64,000 nucleotides of DNA from a virus: the IMG/VR virus record IMGVR_UViG_3300044691_000566, positions 95,747 through 159,746 of that record; one strand, 5' to 3'. The position numbers and the translations under genes are program-made. The notes below the pieces were generated by a model. That model saw only the letters and a list, made by a program, of their open reading frames with translations, ran no database searches and had not been told where the DNA came from. This document shows, piece by piece, positions 23,669-34,741 of this stretch (positions are counted from its first letter, which is position 1; each line of letters begins with the position of its first letter).

Positions 23669-26196
23669 TGGCGCAGGGCGAACCGGACAACGGCGTCAAC
23701 GGCAATCTGGACCTGGGACGGCTCTTCGAGCTGATGATCCGCAGCCAGGAGGCCCAGACGCGGATCCTCAACGACATGCGGGACTCCGCCCAGCGCAACC
23801 TGCACATGGCCCAGACCTTCATGACGTCGCCGGGAGCCGCCCAGCAGGCCCAGCAGGCCCGTTACGGCATGAACGGCGACCCGCGTGCCGGGCAGACGAC
23901 TGCCCCGGGCGGCAACAACCGCGTCTGGAACGTCACCTCCCAGGGGGAGGCCGCCCCGGGGCAGCCGCAGGGGCTGATCGGCACCCCCGTCCAGCCGCCG
24001 GGACCTCCGGTGGGGTCCACCACGACGGGGGGCGACGGGGAGGGCCTCACGATGGCGGGAGCGCCCGCGAGCTTCTCCACGATGAGGACCGAGACCTCCA
24101 AGCAGCTCCGCAACTCGGTCCGCAACGCCGCCTTCGGGGTGTGGTCCTCCTCGTGGCAGGCCGGAGGGGGACGCGGGAACGGCGGTGGCCAGGGCGGGGG
24201 AGGGGGCGGCGGTGGCGGCGGCCAGATGGGCCCCGGGCCCTACGGCATGGGTCCGCAGGGGCTGCCCCCCAACCCGATCTACATTGGCGGCCCCGGCTCC
24301 CCCCTGGGCCCCTACGGTCCGTACGGCCCCTACGGTCCTGCCGGACCCGGTGCGGGCGGCGGCCTCGGCGGTGGCGGCCATGGCGGCGGCCATGGCGGCG
24401 GTCACGGCGGTGTCGCGGCCGGAGGAACCTATGGCGGCCTCCAGAGCGGTGGTGGCGGAGGTGGCGGTGGTCAGGGTGGCCACGGCGGCGGTGGTGGCTC
24501 CGGCATCGGCGGCTGGCTGAGTAGGAACGTGCCCTTCGTGGGTCTCGTCACCTCGGGACTCGCCGAGATGAGGAGCCAGCGGGACAAGAACGCCTATTAC
24601 CAGAACGTGGAAGGCGGCTCGAACTTCGCCGGTTTCGGCGAGCGTGCGCACGAGGAGGCGTACGCGGCGTCGACCGGTGCCGTCTTCAGCGGCGACGAGG
24701 CCCGGACCGCCTTCAAGGGCGTGACCCGGCTCGGCTTCAACGGCCGGGTCGACCCCGTCTTCTCCCGTCAGGGCGGCCGTCAGAATGCCCTGGATTTCGC
24801 GTATCACGCGAAGACGTCCTACGGCGCCTCGGTCAACGAGTCGCTGAGCACCTTGGAGAAGGTCTCCCAGAATTCGACGTTGAGCCTCAACGGCCTCAAC
24901 AAGGCCCTCAAGGACATCTCCGACACGGCGGGCAAGGCGGGCGTCAACGCTCAGATGGCCCGTGCGCAGTACATGGCGCTGCTCCAGCAGGGGGTGCAGG
25001 CCGGATACGGCGCGGGCGCGGTCCCGACCGCCCAGAACATTCAGATGGGCAAGACCAGCCTGGGCCGGTCGTACCAGGACGTCGACCTCAGCGGCCAGAT
25101 GTCCCAGCAGTACACGTACATGGCGTCCTCCAACATGGGGATGACCTACAACCAGTACACCGCCATGCAGACCACCAACCCGCTGGCGGCGGCGCAGGGC
25201 CGCGCCGGGGAGAACCTGGCGCTGCTGTCCCAGATCTTCTCCCAGGAGGAGATCAACTGGGTCAAGGACAAGGCCAACTCCCTCGGGGGCAAGCTCGATC
25301 CGGACTCCGCGCTGAGCATCGTGCCGGAGTTCCTCCAGAAGTTCCCGAACCACAACATCTCGGTCATCCAGCAGCAGCTCTCCGCCTTCGGGATCGTCAC
25401 CACCAGCGACCCCCAGAAGGCCCTCGCGTACGCCTTCAACCTGATCGGCGGCAACAACGGGGACCTGGCCAACGCGCAGAAGACCAGCGCCAGCACGGCC
25501 CCCATGTCCGCCTCGGCCGCCAAGGCCGCATCGGCCAACTCCAGCAGCGGTCTGATCAAGGGCTTCAGCACCAAGATCGACAACGGCTCCAGCGTCGCGG
25601 CACAGATCGGCGGCACCCTCCTGGGCGTGGCCACGGGCGGCCTCGACCGCAGCGTGGGCAACGACAAGGGCGACAGCTCGGCCATGAAGAGCTACAAGGG
25701 CGTCGTCCAGGGCAACAAGGGGCAGCGCAACCCCGTCATCGAAAACCTGCTCCAGAGCGTCAAGGATCCCGACAAGGCCAAGGTCGTCGTGCACACAGGC
25801 GGCGGCCAACGGGTGATGAGCCTGTCCGACGCGATCAAGAGCCACTCCACGGAGCTGTCCTCCGGCTCGGTGTCCTTCGTCTCCGGCGACGAGACCGGCA
25901 AGTCCATCGCGGACATCGTCGGCACCGGCAACGTCAACACCTCGGCCGACTGGACCAGCGAGGCGTCGGGATCCTCCGGCAAGACCGGGCAGGCGCTGAC
26001 CGACTGGCAGAAGACCCACAAGACCGACTCCACGGCCGGGACCGGCTCCGGTACCGGCGCCAACGGCCAGGTCGTGGTGGACCTGACCGACGCGGCCAAG
26101 CAGCTCCTGAAGATCAGCTCGGCCACCGGCATCGCCGGGGCCAACGGCGAGGGCGCCCCGCCGCTGAACTCCTACAACTGGAATGCGAGCCGCTGA
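23668..26196 (+). CDS. tape measure protein
   Basis: Follows the chaperones (TGATG overlap); A/G/Q/S-rich helical sequence with a poly-Gly segment. Confidence 0.75.
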   Translation: MAQGEPDNGVNGNLDLGRLFELMIRSQEAQTRILNDMRDSAQRNLHMAQTFMTSPGAAQQAQQARYGMNGDPRAGQTTAPGGNNRVWNVTSQGEAAPGQPQGLIGTPVQPPGPPVGSTTTGGDGEGLTMAGAPASFSTMRTETSKQLRNSVRNAAFGVWSSSWQAGGGRGNGGGQGGGGGGGGGGQMGPGPYGMGPQGLPPNPIYIGGPGSPLGPYGPYGPYGPAGPGAGGGLGGGGHGGGHGGGHGGVAAGGTYGGLQSGGGGGGGGQGGHGGGGGSGIGGWLSRNVPFVGLVTSGLAEMRSQRDKNAYYQNVEGGSNFAGFGERAHEEAYAASTGAVFSGDEARTAFKGVTRLGFNGRVDPVFSRQGGRQNALDFAYHAKTSYGASVNESLSTLEKVSQNSTLSLNGLNKALKDISDTAGKAGVNAQMARAQYMALLQQGVQAGYGAGAVPTAQNIQMGKTSLGRSYQDVDLSGQMSQQYTYMASSNMGMTYNQYTAMQTTNPLAAAQGRAGENLALLSQIFSQEEINWVKDKANSLGGKLDPDSALSIVPEFLQKFPNHNISVIQQQLSAFGIVTTSDPQKALAYAFNLIGGNNGDLANAQKTSASTAPMSASAAKAASANSSSGLIKGFSTKIDNGSSVAAQIGGTLLGVATGGLDRSVGNDKGDSSAMKSYKGVVQGNKGQRNPVIENLLQSVKDPDKAKVVVHTGGGQRVMSLSDAIKSHSTELSSGSVSFVSGDETGKSIADIVGTGNVNTSADWTSEASGSSGKTGQALTDWQKTHKTDSTAGTGSGTGANGQVVVDLTDAAKQLLKISSATGIAGANGEGAPPLNSYNWNASR

Positions 26197-26897
26197 TGGG
26201 AGTCGCCTCGATCGGCTTCCCCCGGGGAGCGTCGCGCACGTTCCGGATCGACCCGGACTCGATCGACTACAACGTCACGGTGCACACGTCGGTGCAGCAG
26301 ACGGTGGGCGGCCGGGTCATCCAGATCCTGGGCACCTCCATCTCCGACGTCATCGTGCGGGGCTCCATCGGTGAGTCGCACACCCTCGGCCGGGACACCG
26401 ACGGCGAGCACAAGGGGACGTCCTGGAAGCTCGCCGTCGACTTCTTCCTGGCCATGCAGGGCTTGCAGCAGCTCCAGTCCAGCGGTTCGGCCACGCCCGG
26501 TCCCGCCACGAGGTCCGCCTTCCTCCAGCCCCTGACCTTCATCTACGCGCCGAAGAGCCTGCGCTTCCAGTGCTACATCAAGTCCATCGTGGACGCCGAC
26601 GGCGACGGAACAGCCGGTGTGGTGCACAAGGTGGGAAGGGCCAACTACCGGTACACCCTGACCCTGTTCCCGGTGCAGGAGGGCTCCACCAACCTGGTGA
26701 AGGCGGGGACGTCCAACGGTGTCCTGGACAAGGCCCGAGCCGCTGCAATCGACGCGTATATCGGACGTATATCGCAGGGTATCGGCTGGAAGTTCACCGC
26801 CTACAACGGCGGTTCCACTCCCGATGCCTCGTGGAACTCCGACTTCCAGAAATCGAACACGACTGTCACTCCGAATTCGACATTGGGGGGGGCATGA
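26196..26897 (+). CDS. baseplate/tube-initiator protein
   Basis: FRIDPDSI...QTVGGRVIQI; position after the tape measure gene. Confidence 0.55.
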   Translation: MGVASIGFPRGASRTFRIDPDSIDYNVTVHTSVQQTVGGRVIQILGTSISDVIVRGSIGESHTLGRDTDGEHKGTSWKLAVDFFLAMQGLQQLQSSGSATPGPATRSAFLQPLTFIYAPKSLRFQCYIKSIVDADGDGTAGVVHKVGRANYRYTLTLFPVQEGSTNLVKAGTSNGVLDKARAAAIDAYIGRISQGIGWKFTAYNGGSTPDASWNSDFQKSNTTVTPNSTLGGA

Positions 26898-27112
26898 CCG
26901 AGCCCACGCACTGGGGCGCCGACGTACCGATCTCCCTGCCTCAGCCGCTGACCGCCGACAACCCGGGCATCATCCCCATGGACGGCTTCTGCTTCACCTC
27001 CAGCGGGCTGTTCTTCGACCTCTCGGACGCCGACTACCAGCGGATCGCGGTGCCCGCGTACGCCCCGGCGCAGCCCAAGCACCAGACCATCCGCTACGAC
27101 GAGGGGCTGTAG
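26894..27112 (+). CDS. small hypothetical tail protein
   Basis: ATGA overlap; typical codon usage. Confidence 0.55.
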   Translation: MTEPTHWGADVPISLPQPLTADNPGIIPMDGFCFTSSGLFFDLSDADYQRIAVPAYAPAQPKHQTIRYDEGL

Positions 27113-27799
27113 GTGGTCCGGCTCGGGCTCAACACGAGCCTGACCTACCAGTACGGGGGCAAGAACTACGCCTTCAGCGTGCGCACCGCCGAGGTCGACT
27201 TCGGCTCCCAGATGGTCGCCGACGAGGCGCAGGCCCGCACCCGCAGGGCGTTCTACCCGCACACGGTCTCCGCCGTGCCCTTTTCCCTGGTGGTGATCAT
27301 CAAGGGGTACCGGGAGCGTGTGCAGTTCAGCAACTTCCTCAACGACTTCGTCAGCCGGACCCTGGACCCGTCCCTGTCGGTGAGCAGCTTCCCGACCATG
27401 CGCGTGCAGGTGGCCAGCCGGAACTTCATCCGCTGGGGGATCCCGCTGAGCGGCCTGGAGTGGGGGGACCACATCGGCTCGATGGTCTGGACGCCCCGGG
27501 TGGTGTTCGAGACCCACGTGGACCAGAGCCTGGGGGAGACCGTCAAGGACTACAAGTGGGTCTCGTACTTCCAGCTCGACGCCTCAGCCGTGCAGGCGTC
27601 GCCGCAGATCAAGTACTTCTACCCGAGCGGAGTCCAGCTCTCGGGCAGTCAGGTGCCGGACGCGGGGGCCTTTGACAAGGTCACCTCGATCCAGGACATT
27701 CAGAACATCATCAACGGGGGTACCAGCGGCGGTTCCGACGTCGGGTCCGTGGACCCGGTTACCGGGGTCAATCCCATCAACAACGGAATGCCGAGGTAA
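27113..27799 (+). CDS. minor tail/baseplate protein
   Basis: Operon position and codon usage. Confidence 0.55.
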   Translation: MVRLGLNTSLTYQYGGKNYAFSVRTAEVDFGSQMVADEAQARTRRAFYPHTVSAVPFSLVVIIKGYRERVQFSNFLNDFVSRTLDPSLSVSSFPTMRVQVASRNFIRWGIPLSGLEWGDHIGSMVWTPRVVFETHVDQSLGETVKDYKWVSYFQLDASAVQASPQIKYFYPSGVQLSGSQVPDAGAFDKVTSIQDIQNIINGGTSGGSDVGSVDPVTGVNPINNGMPR

Positions 27800-27802
27800 C
27801 CG

Positions 27803-30352
27803 GTGGCCTCCTTCCTGTACGCCCCACAATTGCAAGTCCTCATAGAGACCGGTGGCAACCTCAACCGGGGGAGCACCAAGACCACCGTGCTGGACGTCTC
27901 GGACGACCTGGTCGGCGGTCAGATGACGAGGCGGGTCGACGGCGTCTCCGACTTCTCTTTCACGCTGCTCAACCCCCGCAGGAAGTACGACGAGGTCTTC
28001 ACGCCGAACGACCGGATCACCGTGCTGATGAAGCGCGTGACCTGGGTCCGGGTGTTCACCGGGTATCTCAACCGGGTCCCGCTGCTGACCGCGTGGCCGC
28101 GCAACGTCACGCTGACGGCCTCGTGCTCCCTCAAGCGTCTCCAGTACTGGTACTGGGACCCGGAGTCGGCGTTCACCCAGCAGATGATCATGAACGCTCT
28201 GTCGGCGGCCTCCGGGACCGGGCAGACGTCCGACGGCGGCATGACCAATGTCGTCCTGTCGATTCTGAAGAACGTCGTCGGCTGGCCCGAGTCGAAAGCC
28301 CACATCGCCAAGATCCCCGACGACTGGTTCAAGGTCGCCTACAAGATCGCCGAAGCGGTCAACAAGACGGCCGCCGAGAGCGACCAGCTCGCCCAGCAGT
28401 TCTTCCAGTCCCTGGGGGGCGCCGGGACGGTGGGAACCAACGGCGGCCAGTCCTCTTCGGGCTCTCTCACCGGCAACTACGGCGAATTCAACGGGGCCGA
28501 CCAGAAGACCAACGCGGCCACCATCTACAACACCGGTCGCTCCATGGGCGCCACCGACCGGGACAACATCATCGCTCTGATGACGGCCATGCAGGAGTCC
28601 ACCCTGCACAACCTGACCCACGGCGACCGGGACTCCATCGGCCTGTTCCAGCAGAGGCCCTCCCAGGGCTGGGGCACCGTGGCGCAGATCCTCGATCCCG
28701 TCTACGCCTCCAAGCGCTTCTTCACCGCGCTGTTCAACATCGGCAACCGCGATCAGATGACCACCTCCCAGGCGGCCCAGGCGGTGCAGCGCTCGGCCTT
28801 CCCTCAGGCATATGCCAAGTGGGAGGGTGTCGCGACCCAGATGGTTGCCGACCTGAAGAAGTCCGGCGGCATCAACCCGATCACCTCCTCCGGGGTCCCG
28901 GGCGCCAACGCCATCGGCACCACCTCCAACAAGCAGATCGTCCAGGTCGCCAAGGACCTGGTGACGACCTACCCGACCATCCCGTACACCGAGAAGTACG
29001 GCGGCACCCAGGTATCCATCATCAGCATGAATCCCCCGCCCGGCCTGGACTGCTCGTCCTTCCAGCAGGCGGTGGTCCTGCGGTCCCTGGGCGGCTTGTA
29101 CGGCTTCCCCAGGACGTCGGAGACACAACTCCCCGCCTGCCGCGAGATACCCGTGGACGTGGCCCTCAAGACGCCGGGAGCGCTGCTCTTCAAGGGGTCT
29201 CCGCCGTTCCACGTGGAGATGTCCATCGGGGACGGCAAGAACGCGGTGGGGGCCCACCACACCGGGACGTTCGCCTCGATCGAGGCCACCTCGGCGGCCT
29301 ACTGGGACCACGGCGGCCTGATCCCCCGGGTGGACTACGGGAAGCTGGGCCAGGGGGACGGATCGACGGGCGGCGGCCTGACCACCGGCACCCCTGGCTC
29401 CAGCGCGGCCAACAGTTCCAGCATCTACACCGATCAGTACAGCAACACGCCCGGCTACAACCCGAACGACCCCTTCGACCGTCTTTTCGGGGACACCGCC
29501 TGGGGAGCCCTGGCCGCCCAGAAGAGCGACCCGGCCTACATCATCAGCCAGTCCCTGACCGGCGTGAAGAGCCTGCTCAACGACCAGCCGCTGCTGCCCT
29601 ACCTCAAAAACCTGTTCAGCTCCGGCATGCGGTCGTTCTCCTCGGCCCCCAACGGGGACCTCATCTCATGGTTCCCGGACTACTACGGCCTGTGGGGGAC
29701 CGCCGCGACGATGACCCTCCAGCCGATCGAGATCAAGGACTTCTCCGTCGACTGGGACGACAGTTTCTTCGTCACCCACCAGTTCACCGCGACCACCCCG
29801 CAGGGCGGCGCCGGGCAGAACGTGCTGGACCTGTCCACCGGCCAGGTCTCCTCCCAGGCGAGCGCGGCCCTGGATCCGCTGGTGGTGGCCCAGAGCCTGA
29901 GCTACACCCGGGGCATCGCCTCGATCGACATACCGGCCCTGATGTACGCGCTTTTTAAAATCTCCCCGACGACGGCCCAGGCCGCCAACTTCGCCAAGTT
30001 CATCTACCAGCGCTTCGGGGCCCGCCCCGACTTCCAGAGCCTCCCCAACCTGGTGGGCCCCAGCGCCCAGTTCTTCGCCGCGATCTACTTCTTCATGCGG
30101 CAGTGGGCCTACCAGTACAACGCCGATATCCCGCTGACCTTCATGCCCGAGCTGTTCCCCGGCATGCTGGTCAAGATCCCGGCCTTCTCCTTCCAGGCGT
30201 ACGTCAACCAGGTCACGCACACCTTCCAGATGGGCGACGGCGGCTACTTCAACACCACCATCAACATCTCGGCCCCGGCCAAGCTCAACGACACCGGGGC
30301 AGCGGCCAACGTCCTCATCGGCCTGCCCCGTGCGGGCGGACTGCTCGGCTGA
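27803..30352 (+). CDS. baseplate hub with lysozyme-like and NlpC/P60-like peptidoglycan hydrolase inserts
   Basis: IALMTAMQES...DRDSIGLFQQRPSQGWG...AAQAVQRSAFP; GLDCSSF...HVEM; C-terminal FMPELFPGM hub motif. Confidence 0.8.
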   Translation: MASFLYAPQLQVLIETGGNLNRGSTKTTVLDVSDDLVGGQMTRRVDGVSDFSFTLLNPRRKYDEVFTPNDRITVLMKRVTWVRVFTGYLNRVPLLTAWPRNVTLTASCSLKRLQYWYWDPESAFTQQMIMNALSAASGTGQTSDGGMTNVVLSILKNVVGWPESKAHIAKIPDDWFKVAYKIAEAVNKTAAESDQLAQQFFQSLGGAGTVGTNGGQSSSGSLTGNYGEFNGADQKTNAATIYNTGRSMGATDRDNIIALMTAMQESTLHNLTHGDRDSIGLFQQRPSQGWGTVAQILDPVYASKRFFTALFNIGNRDQMTTSQAAQAVQRSAFPQAYAKWEGVATQMVADLKKSGGINPITSSGVPGANAIGTTSNKQIVQVAKDLVTTYPTIPYTEKYGGTQVSIISMNPPPGLDCSSFQQAVVLRSLGGLYGFPRTSETQLPACREIPVDVALKTPGALLFKGSPPFHVEMSIGDGKNAVGAHHTGTFASIEATSAAYWDHGGLIPRVDYGKLGQGDGSTGGGLTTGTPGSSAANSSSIYTDQYSNTPGYNPNDPFDRLFGDTAWGALAAQKSDPAYIISQSLTGVKSLLNDQPLLPYLKNLFSSGMRSFSSAPNGDLISWFPDYYGLWGTAATMTLQPIEIKDFSVDWDDSFFVTHQFTATTPQGGAGQNVLDLSTGQVSSQASAALDPLVVAQSLSYTRGIASIDIPALMYALFKISPTTAQAANFAKFIYQRFGARPDFQSLPNLVGPSAQFFAAIYFFMRQWAYQYNADIPLTFMPELFPGMLVKIPAFSFQAYVNQVTHTFQMGDGGYFNTTINISAPAKLNDTGAAANVLIGLPRAGGLLG

Positions 30353-30363
30353 TCGGAGAAGGC

Positions 30364-31086
30364 ATGTACCAGTCCGTTCTCGCCAAGCGACAGGGTTCCG
30401 GGTCCTCCGCCGTCGGTTTCGCCTTCACCCTGGTCGACGTCAGCGAGGTCCACCCGGACACGAACATCTGTCTGGTCTCGGACGTGCAGACCGGCGCCTT
30501 CACCCAGGTCGGCCTGGACAAGCGCGACTCCATCGCGTGGCCCCAGGTCGGCGACCGGTGGATCATCGACCGCTCCCTGGGTCACTGGGCGCTGCGCTGC
30601 AAAGTCACCGCGACAGCCCCTCCGGTCATCACCGGATCCCGGAACTCCATCGGCGCCTCGGCCCAGATGCTCCTGGACGCCCTGGAGGAGTTGGGCCTGG
30701 TCAACGACCAGACCACCCCGGCAACGCTGCCGGTCGGCGTCTGGCAGGTGGTGGGCTCCGGCGCTCCGGTGGCCCCCTTCACCGCCCCTTGGGCCAACTA
30801 CGACGCGACGACCTACCAAGGGGCCCGCTACATGATCGAGACCAGCGGGATCGTCCGGGTCGAGGGACTGGCCAAGACCACCGCAGCCGTCAGCGGCGCC
30901 TCCGAGATCTTCGTGCTCCCCCCGGGGTTCCGGCCTCTGAAGCACCAGGAGTTCTGCGTCTTCCGCAACGGCGGCTTCGCCCACCAGTACGAGATCTTCA
31001 GCACGGGATCCGTCCAGCTCGCCAACGTGCCCTCCTCCACCACCGTGGGCTACGTGAACTTGAGCGCCGCGTTCTCCACTCTCTGA
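30364..31086 (+). CDS. baseplate spike-like protein
   Basis: WPQVGDRW OB-fold motif; IFVLPPGFRP C-terminal domain. Confidence 0.6.
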   Translation: MYQSVLAKRQGSGSSAVGFAFTLVDVSEVHPDTNICLVSDVQTGAFTQVGLDKRDSIAWPQVGDRWIIDRSLGHWALRCKVTATAPPVITGSRNSIGASAQMLLDALEELGLVNDQTTPATLPVGVWQVVGSGAPVAPFTAPWANYDATTYQGARYMIETSGIVRVEGLAKTTAAVSGASEIFVLPPGFRPLKHQEFCVFRNGGFAHQYEIFSTGSVQLANVPSSTTVGYVNLSAAFSTL

Positions 31087-31120
31087 TGTCACCGCCACCC
31101 CCTCCCCGCTGAAGGGGTGA
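31087..31120 (+). promoter_or_regulatory. late-promoter motif TGTC-N20-GAAGGGGTGA
   Basis: Motif copy. Confidence 0.7.
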
Positions 31121-31124
31121 GGAG

Positions 31125-31556
31125 GTGGCCGTGGAGACGTTGGCCCTGTCCGGTGGCGACCTGGTTGTGGGGCCCGGCGGATTGCAGATGCAGAACGGCA
31201 CGGCGAAGATCCGCCAGGATCTCGCGCTTGCCCTGGGGGAGGACTACGGTGCCGACCCGTACCACTCCGGCTGGGGCTCCGTCCTGGGGCAGTATCTGGG
31301 GGAGCCGGTCACCACCGACACCCCCATGCTCGTCCAGGCCGAGGTCAACCGGATCCTTCAGCAGTACATGGGCGGGCAGCAGCAGCAGCTCGCGGCAGCA
31401 GCGGCGAACAACTACCAGCACACCATCAGCACGGCCGAGATCATCCAGACCGTCAACTCTGTGGACGTCTCCGTACTGTACGACTCTGTTCGGGTCGTCA
31501 TCAGCCTGACGACCATGGCAGGCCAGAGCCTGAAGATCTCCCGGACGGTGAGCTGA
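31125..31556 (+). CDS. baseplate wedge gp25-like protein
   Basis: KIRQDL...DPYHSGWGS.L motif. Confidence 0.75.
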   Translation: MAVETLALSGGDLVVGPGGLQMQNGTAKIRQDLALALGEDYGADPYHSGWGSVLGQYLGEPVTTDTPMLVQAEVNRILQQYMGGQQQQLAAAAANNYQHTISTAEIIQTVNSVDVSVLYDSVRVVISLTTMAGQSLKISRTVS

Positions 31557-33386
31557 GTGGCGACCACCCAAGCAGACATTTTCTCCCAGTTGAAGGCCGC
31601 CCTGGCGGCCTCGATGCCGGAGATGGACACCTCCATCGGCACGCCGATGGCCAAGATCATGGATTCGCTGGCGGCCACCATCGCCGATGCGTACGTGGAG
31701 AACCAGCTCCAGACCTACACCTACGACATCGACAGCAAGACCGGCGCGGATCTGGACGGCTTCTGCCAGCTCTTCGGCATCGCCCGGCTCCCGGCCAAGC
31801 GGTCCTCCGGCACCGTGACCTTCACCCGGGGCTCCAGCAACACCGACGCGATCGTGTTCATCCCGATCAACCTCCAGGTCACCAGCAGCACGGAGACCCC
31901 GATCATCTTCCAGACGGTGACCGGCGCGACCATGAACGTCGGGGTCCTCTCCACCACGGTGCCCATCCAGGCGGTCAACGCGGGCCCGGCGGGCAACATC
32001 GGGCCCAACCTGATCACCAACCTCTCCTCGCCCGTCCAGGGCGTAGCGGCGATCACCAACGTCTCGGCCACCTCGGGCGGCCTGGACCAGGAGACCGACA
32101 CGGCCCTGCGGGCCCGCTGGAAGGCGACCGTGTTCCGCAACATGGCCGGGACCCAGGACATGTTCCTGGGTATCGCGCTGAACGATGCCGACTGCTTCGC
32201 GGCCAACGTCGTCACCGCGACCAAGCCGGTCCGCGAGCAGATCCAGGTGGCCTCCGGGGCCGCGACCAGCACGGTGAACGACGCCAAGTACGTCTTCGGC
32301 ACCCCGGTCAGTTTCGGGACCGACATCGACAACGGCGTGATCTTCGTCGGCGGCCACGACTACACCTTCAACGCGACGATCCCGCCGACGATCACCGTGA
32401 ACAACAGCGGGGCGATCCCCAACGGGACGATCGCCGACCTGGAGTACCAGTACACCCCGGTGTCCAGCCGGTCCGATCCGTCCACGGGCATCGTGAACAG
32501 GATCGACGTGTGGTGCGCGGGGTCCCGGGCGGTCTCCGCGCAGCAGTCCATGGTTTTTAAAAACACGAAGCTGTTCGCGGGTTCCGGCACCTACAACCTC
32601 ACCAATTTCGTCCGGCCGGACGGTACCCACCCGGTCAGCGGCAACGTCTTCATCCCGCTGGCCTTCGGGCCGGTCCTCACCGTCTCGCCGACCATCCTCA
32701 TCGGTCCCACGACGTACGGCCTGGCCACGGTCGCCAACCCTCTGGGCACCGTGACCGGCGGGGTCACCTACGCCTACCAGATCGTCCATGACAACACCGC
32801 CAGCGGCTGGACCCCGCAGTCGATGTTCGGTCTGGAATGGAACGCCGCCAACCTTCCGGCCAACAACGCGGTTTTCACCGTGGGTTCCGACGGCGCCTAC
32901 ACCTACAACCAGGTGCCGACCTCGATCCAGCGGGAGATCGACTCCTGGCGGCTGGCCGGTACCGACGCCCTGGCGCACCAGGCGCAGACGGTCCTGCTCC
33001 GTTTTTCGCTGGCCGTGATGTACGACCGGATCTCCTACCCGCCGCAGGTCAACCAGGCCATGGACGCGGCCCTGTCGGGCTGGCTGAACAGCTTGGGCAT
33101 CAACTCCCAGCTCCAGGTCTCCGACGCGATCAAGGTGCTGCACGGCGTGCCCGGCGTGGACAACGTCCGGTTCCTCAACGGCTCGGACTGGCCCGGCTTC
33201 ACCTTCGGCGGCGCCAACAGCTACCAGGTGGGGATCCAGCAGCTCTCGTCCACCGGGGCGGTACAGACCTCGTACGTCGACAGCTCGGGCCGACCCCATG
33301 ACGTCCTCTTCACGGACTCCCAGGTGCCCCAGTTCGGCGCCTCGCTGTACCAGCAGAAGGCCCAGAACAGTTTCGGCAGCTACTGA
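31557..33386 (+). CDS. baseplate J-like wedge protein
   Basis: GADLD...FGIAR; VPIQAVNAGPAGN; SGGLDQETDTALRAR. Confidence 0.9.
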   Translation: MATTQADIFSQLKAALAASMPEMDTSIGTPMAKIMDSLAATIADAYVENQLQTYTYDIDSKTGADLDGFCQLFGIARLPAKRSSGTVTFTRGSSNTDAIVFIPINLQVTSSTETPIIFQTVTGATMNVGVLSTTVPIQAVNAGPAGNIGPNLITNLSSPVQGVAAITNVSATSGGLDQETDTALRARWKATVFRNMAGTQDMFLGIALNDADCFAANVVTATKPVREQIQVASGAATSTVNDAKYVFGTPVSFGTDIDNGVIFVGGHDYTFNATIPPTITVNNSGAIPNGTIADLEYQYTPVSSRSDPSTGIVNRIDVWCAGSRAVSAQQSMVFKNTKLFAGSGTYNLTNFVRPDGTHPVSGNVFIPLAFGPVLTVSPTILIGPTTYGLATVANPLGTVTGGVTYAYQIVHDNTASGWTPQSMFGLEWNAANLPANNAVFTVGSDGAYTYNQVPTSIQREIDSWRLAGTDALAHQAQTVLLRFSLAVMYDRISYPPQVNQAMDAALSGWLNSLGINSQLQVSDAIKVLHGVPGVDNVRFLNGSDWPGFTFGGANSYQVGIQQLSSTGAVQTSYVDSSGRPHDVLFTDSQVPQFGASLYQQKAQNSFGSY

Positions 33387-34732
33387 TGACGACGCCGATC
33401 TTCCAGCAGAGCACGAGCTTCTTCGACGTCTCCTCGGCCCCCAACACCGGCTTGATCCCCCTCCAGTCCGACCCGGCCGGACCGCTGGTCTCCGGTATCG
33501 ACCGGGCCACCAACATGCTGCTGCCGGACGCCCCGACCATGCAGCAGCTCCGCAACTTCCCCGAAGACCTGTACGACCTGCGCGAGTCCAGCCACCTGGT
33601 GCGGCTGATGAAGGTTCTGCTGGGGGACTCGGGGGCCGGACAGCTCCGCAAGCGCACTCTGGTCGCCCGGCTGGGGGCATCGCTGAGCGGTGCCAACTTC
33701 TTCGACCTGGACCGCTTCTACGGGGCCCTGTTCGGGGCTCTGCGCAGTCCGGCCGAGGCCCTGGCCATCAACCCCATGGACTCCACGGCCACCCCGGACG
33801 AGTGGGACGCCATCATGGCGGCCGACGCCTCCTACCGGGAACGCATCGCCGAACTGGCCAAGGCCATCGCCATGGGCGGTACCGTCCCGGGCCTCCAGCA
33901 GGTCGCTGAGGCCATCGTGCAGGCCCCGGTGGACATCTACGAGTCCTGGCAGCTCCTGGACTCCTACGGCTCCCTGGTGCTCTCCCCGACCAACACCTGG
34001 AGCGACGTCCAGACTTTGTTCCCGACGTGGGGCTCCTTCGCGCCCAGTGACACCTGGAACCACGTGGAGGGGACGATCAGCGTGGGGCGCACCAACACGC
34101 AGACGCGCTCCGAGATCGTCATCAGGCCCCGCAAGGACTACTCCTCCATGCCCGGGGCGGTCTCCGATCTGCCCCGGGACGAAAACGCCCTGATCCGGGT
34201 GCTCCAGAAGCTGCGCCCGGCGGGGACGATCATCACGGTGGACCCGAATCTGGGCAGCCCGCATGTGGCCTACCCGATTTCGGGTCTGGAGGCCGACAGC
34301 GAGTACTGGGAGATCGCCCCCAAGGTGCAGCCGAAGGGCTCGCTCACGGGAGGGATCGCGTCGGTGTACCCGATTTCGGTCAGCCAGGGGGTTTTCGGCG
34401 TCGATCCCATGACGCGCCGGGTGCTGCCCCGGCCGCCGTTCGCCGGGGTGCAGGGCAGCGCCTGGACATACAACCCCCAGATCTCTGCGGCGACTTCGTA
34501 CACCTTTCCTGCGTCTGATCCGCTCAACTCTGTGGCCCCGCAGGACGGGACGCCCTCCCCGTTCGCCGACGACCAGATAGTGGTCTACCGGGACGGAACA
34601 GAGATCCGCTACACGGCCAAGAAGGGCGCCCTCAGTGCCCAGCACGCGCTGGCCGCCCAGGTGGTCTCCGACGGCGCCCTGGTGGCCCATCCGTACACCG
34701 GGGACCGCAAAGCCGTCCCCGGCCACGACTGA
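33386..34732 (+). CDS. baseplate wedge protein (I-like)
   Basis: Follows the J-like gene; YRERI...GGTVPGL, KLRPAG. Confidence 0.6.
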   Translation: MTTPIFQQSTSFFDVSSAPNTGLIPLQSDPAGPLVSGIDRATNMLLPDAPTMQQLRNFPEDLYDLRESSHLVRLMKVLLGDSGAGQLRKRTLVARLGASLSGANFFDLDRFYGALFGALRSPAEALAINPMDSTATPDEWDAIMAADASYRERIAELAKAIAMGGTVPGLQQVAEAIVQAPVDIYESWQLLDSYGSLVLSPTNTWSDVQTLFPTWGSFAPSDTWNHVEGTISVGRTNTQTRSEIVIRPRKDYSSMPGAVSDLPRDENALIRVLQKLRPAGTIITVDPNLGSPHVAYPISGLEADSEYWEIAPKVQPKGSLTGGIASVYPISVSQGVFGVDPMTRRVLPRPPFAGVQGSAWTYNPQISAATSYTFPASDPLNSVAPQDGTPSPFADDQIVVYRDGTEIRYTAKKGALSAQHALAAQVVSDGALVAHPYTGDRKAVPGHD

Positions 34733-34741
34733 GAGGGGCAC

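Noticed and set aside
24160-24520. GGY-rich tract in the tape measure gene as another guide
   Set aside because: It has a 3-nt period encoding poly-Gly, with no leader or hairpin.
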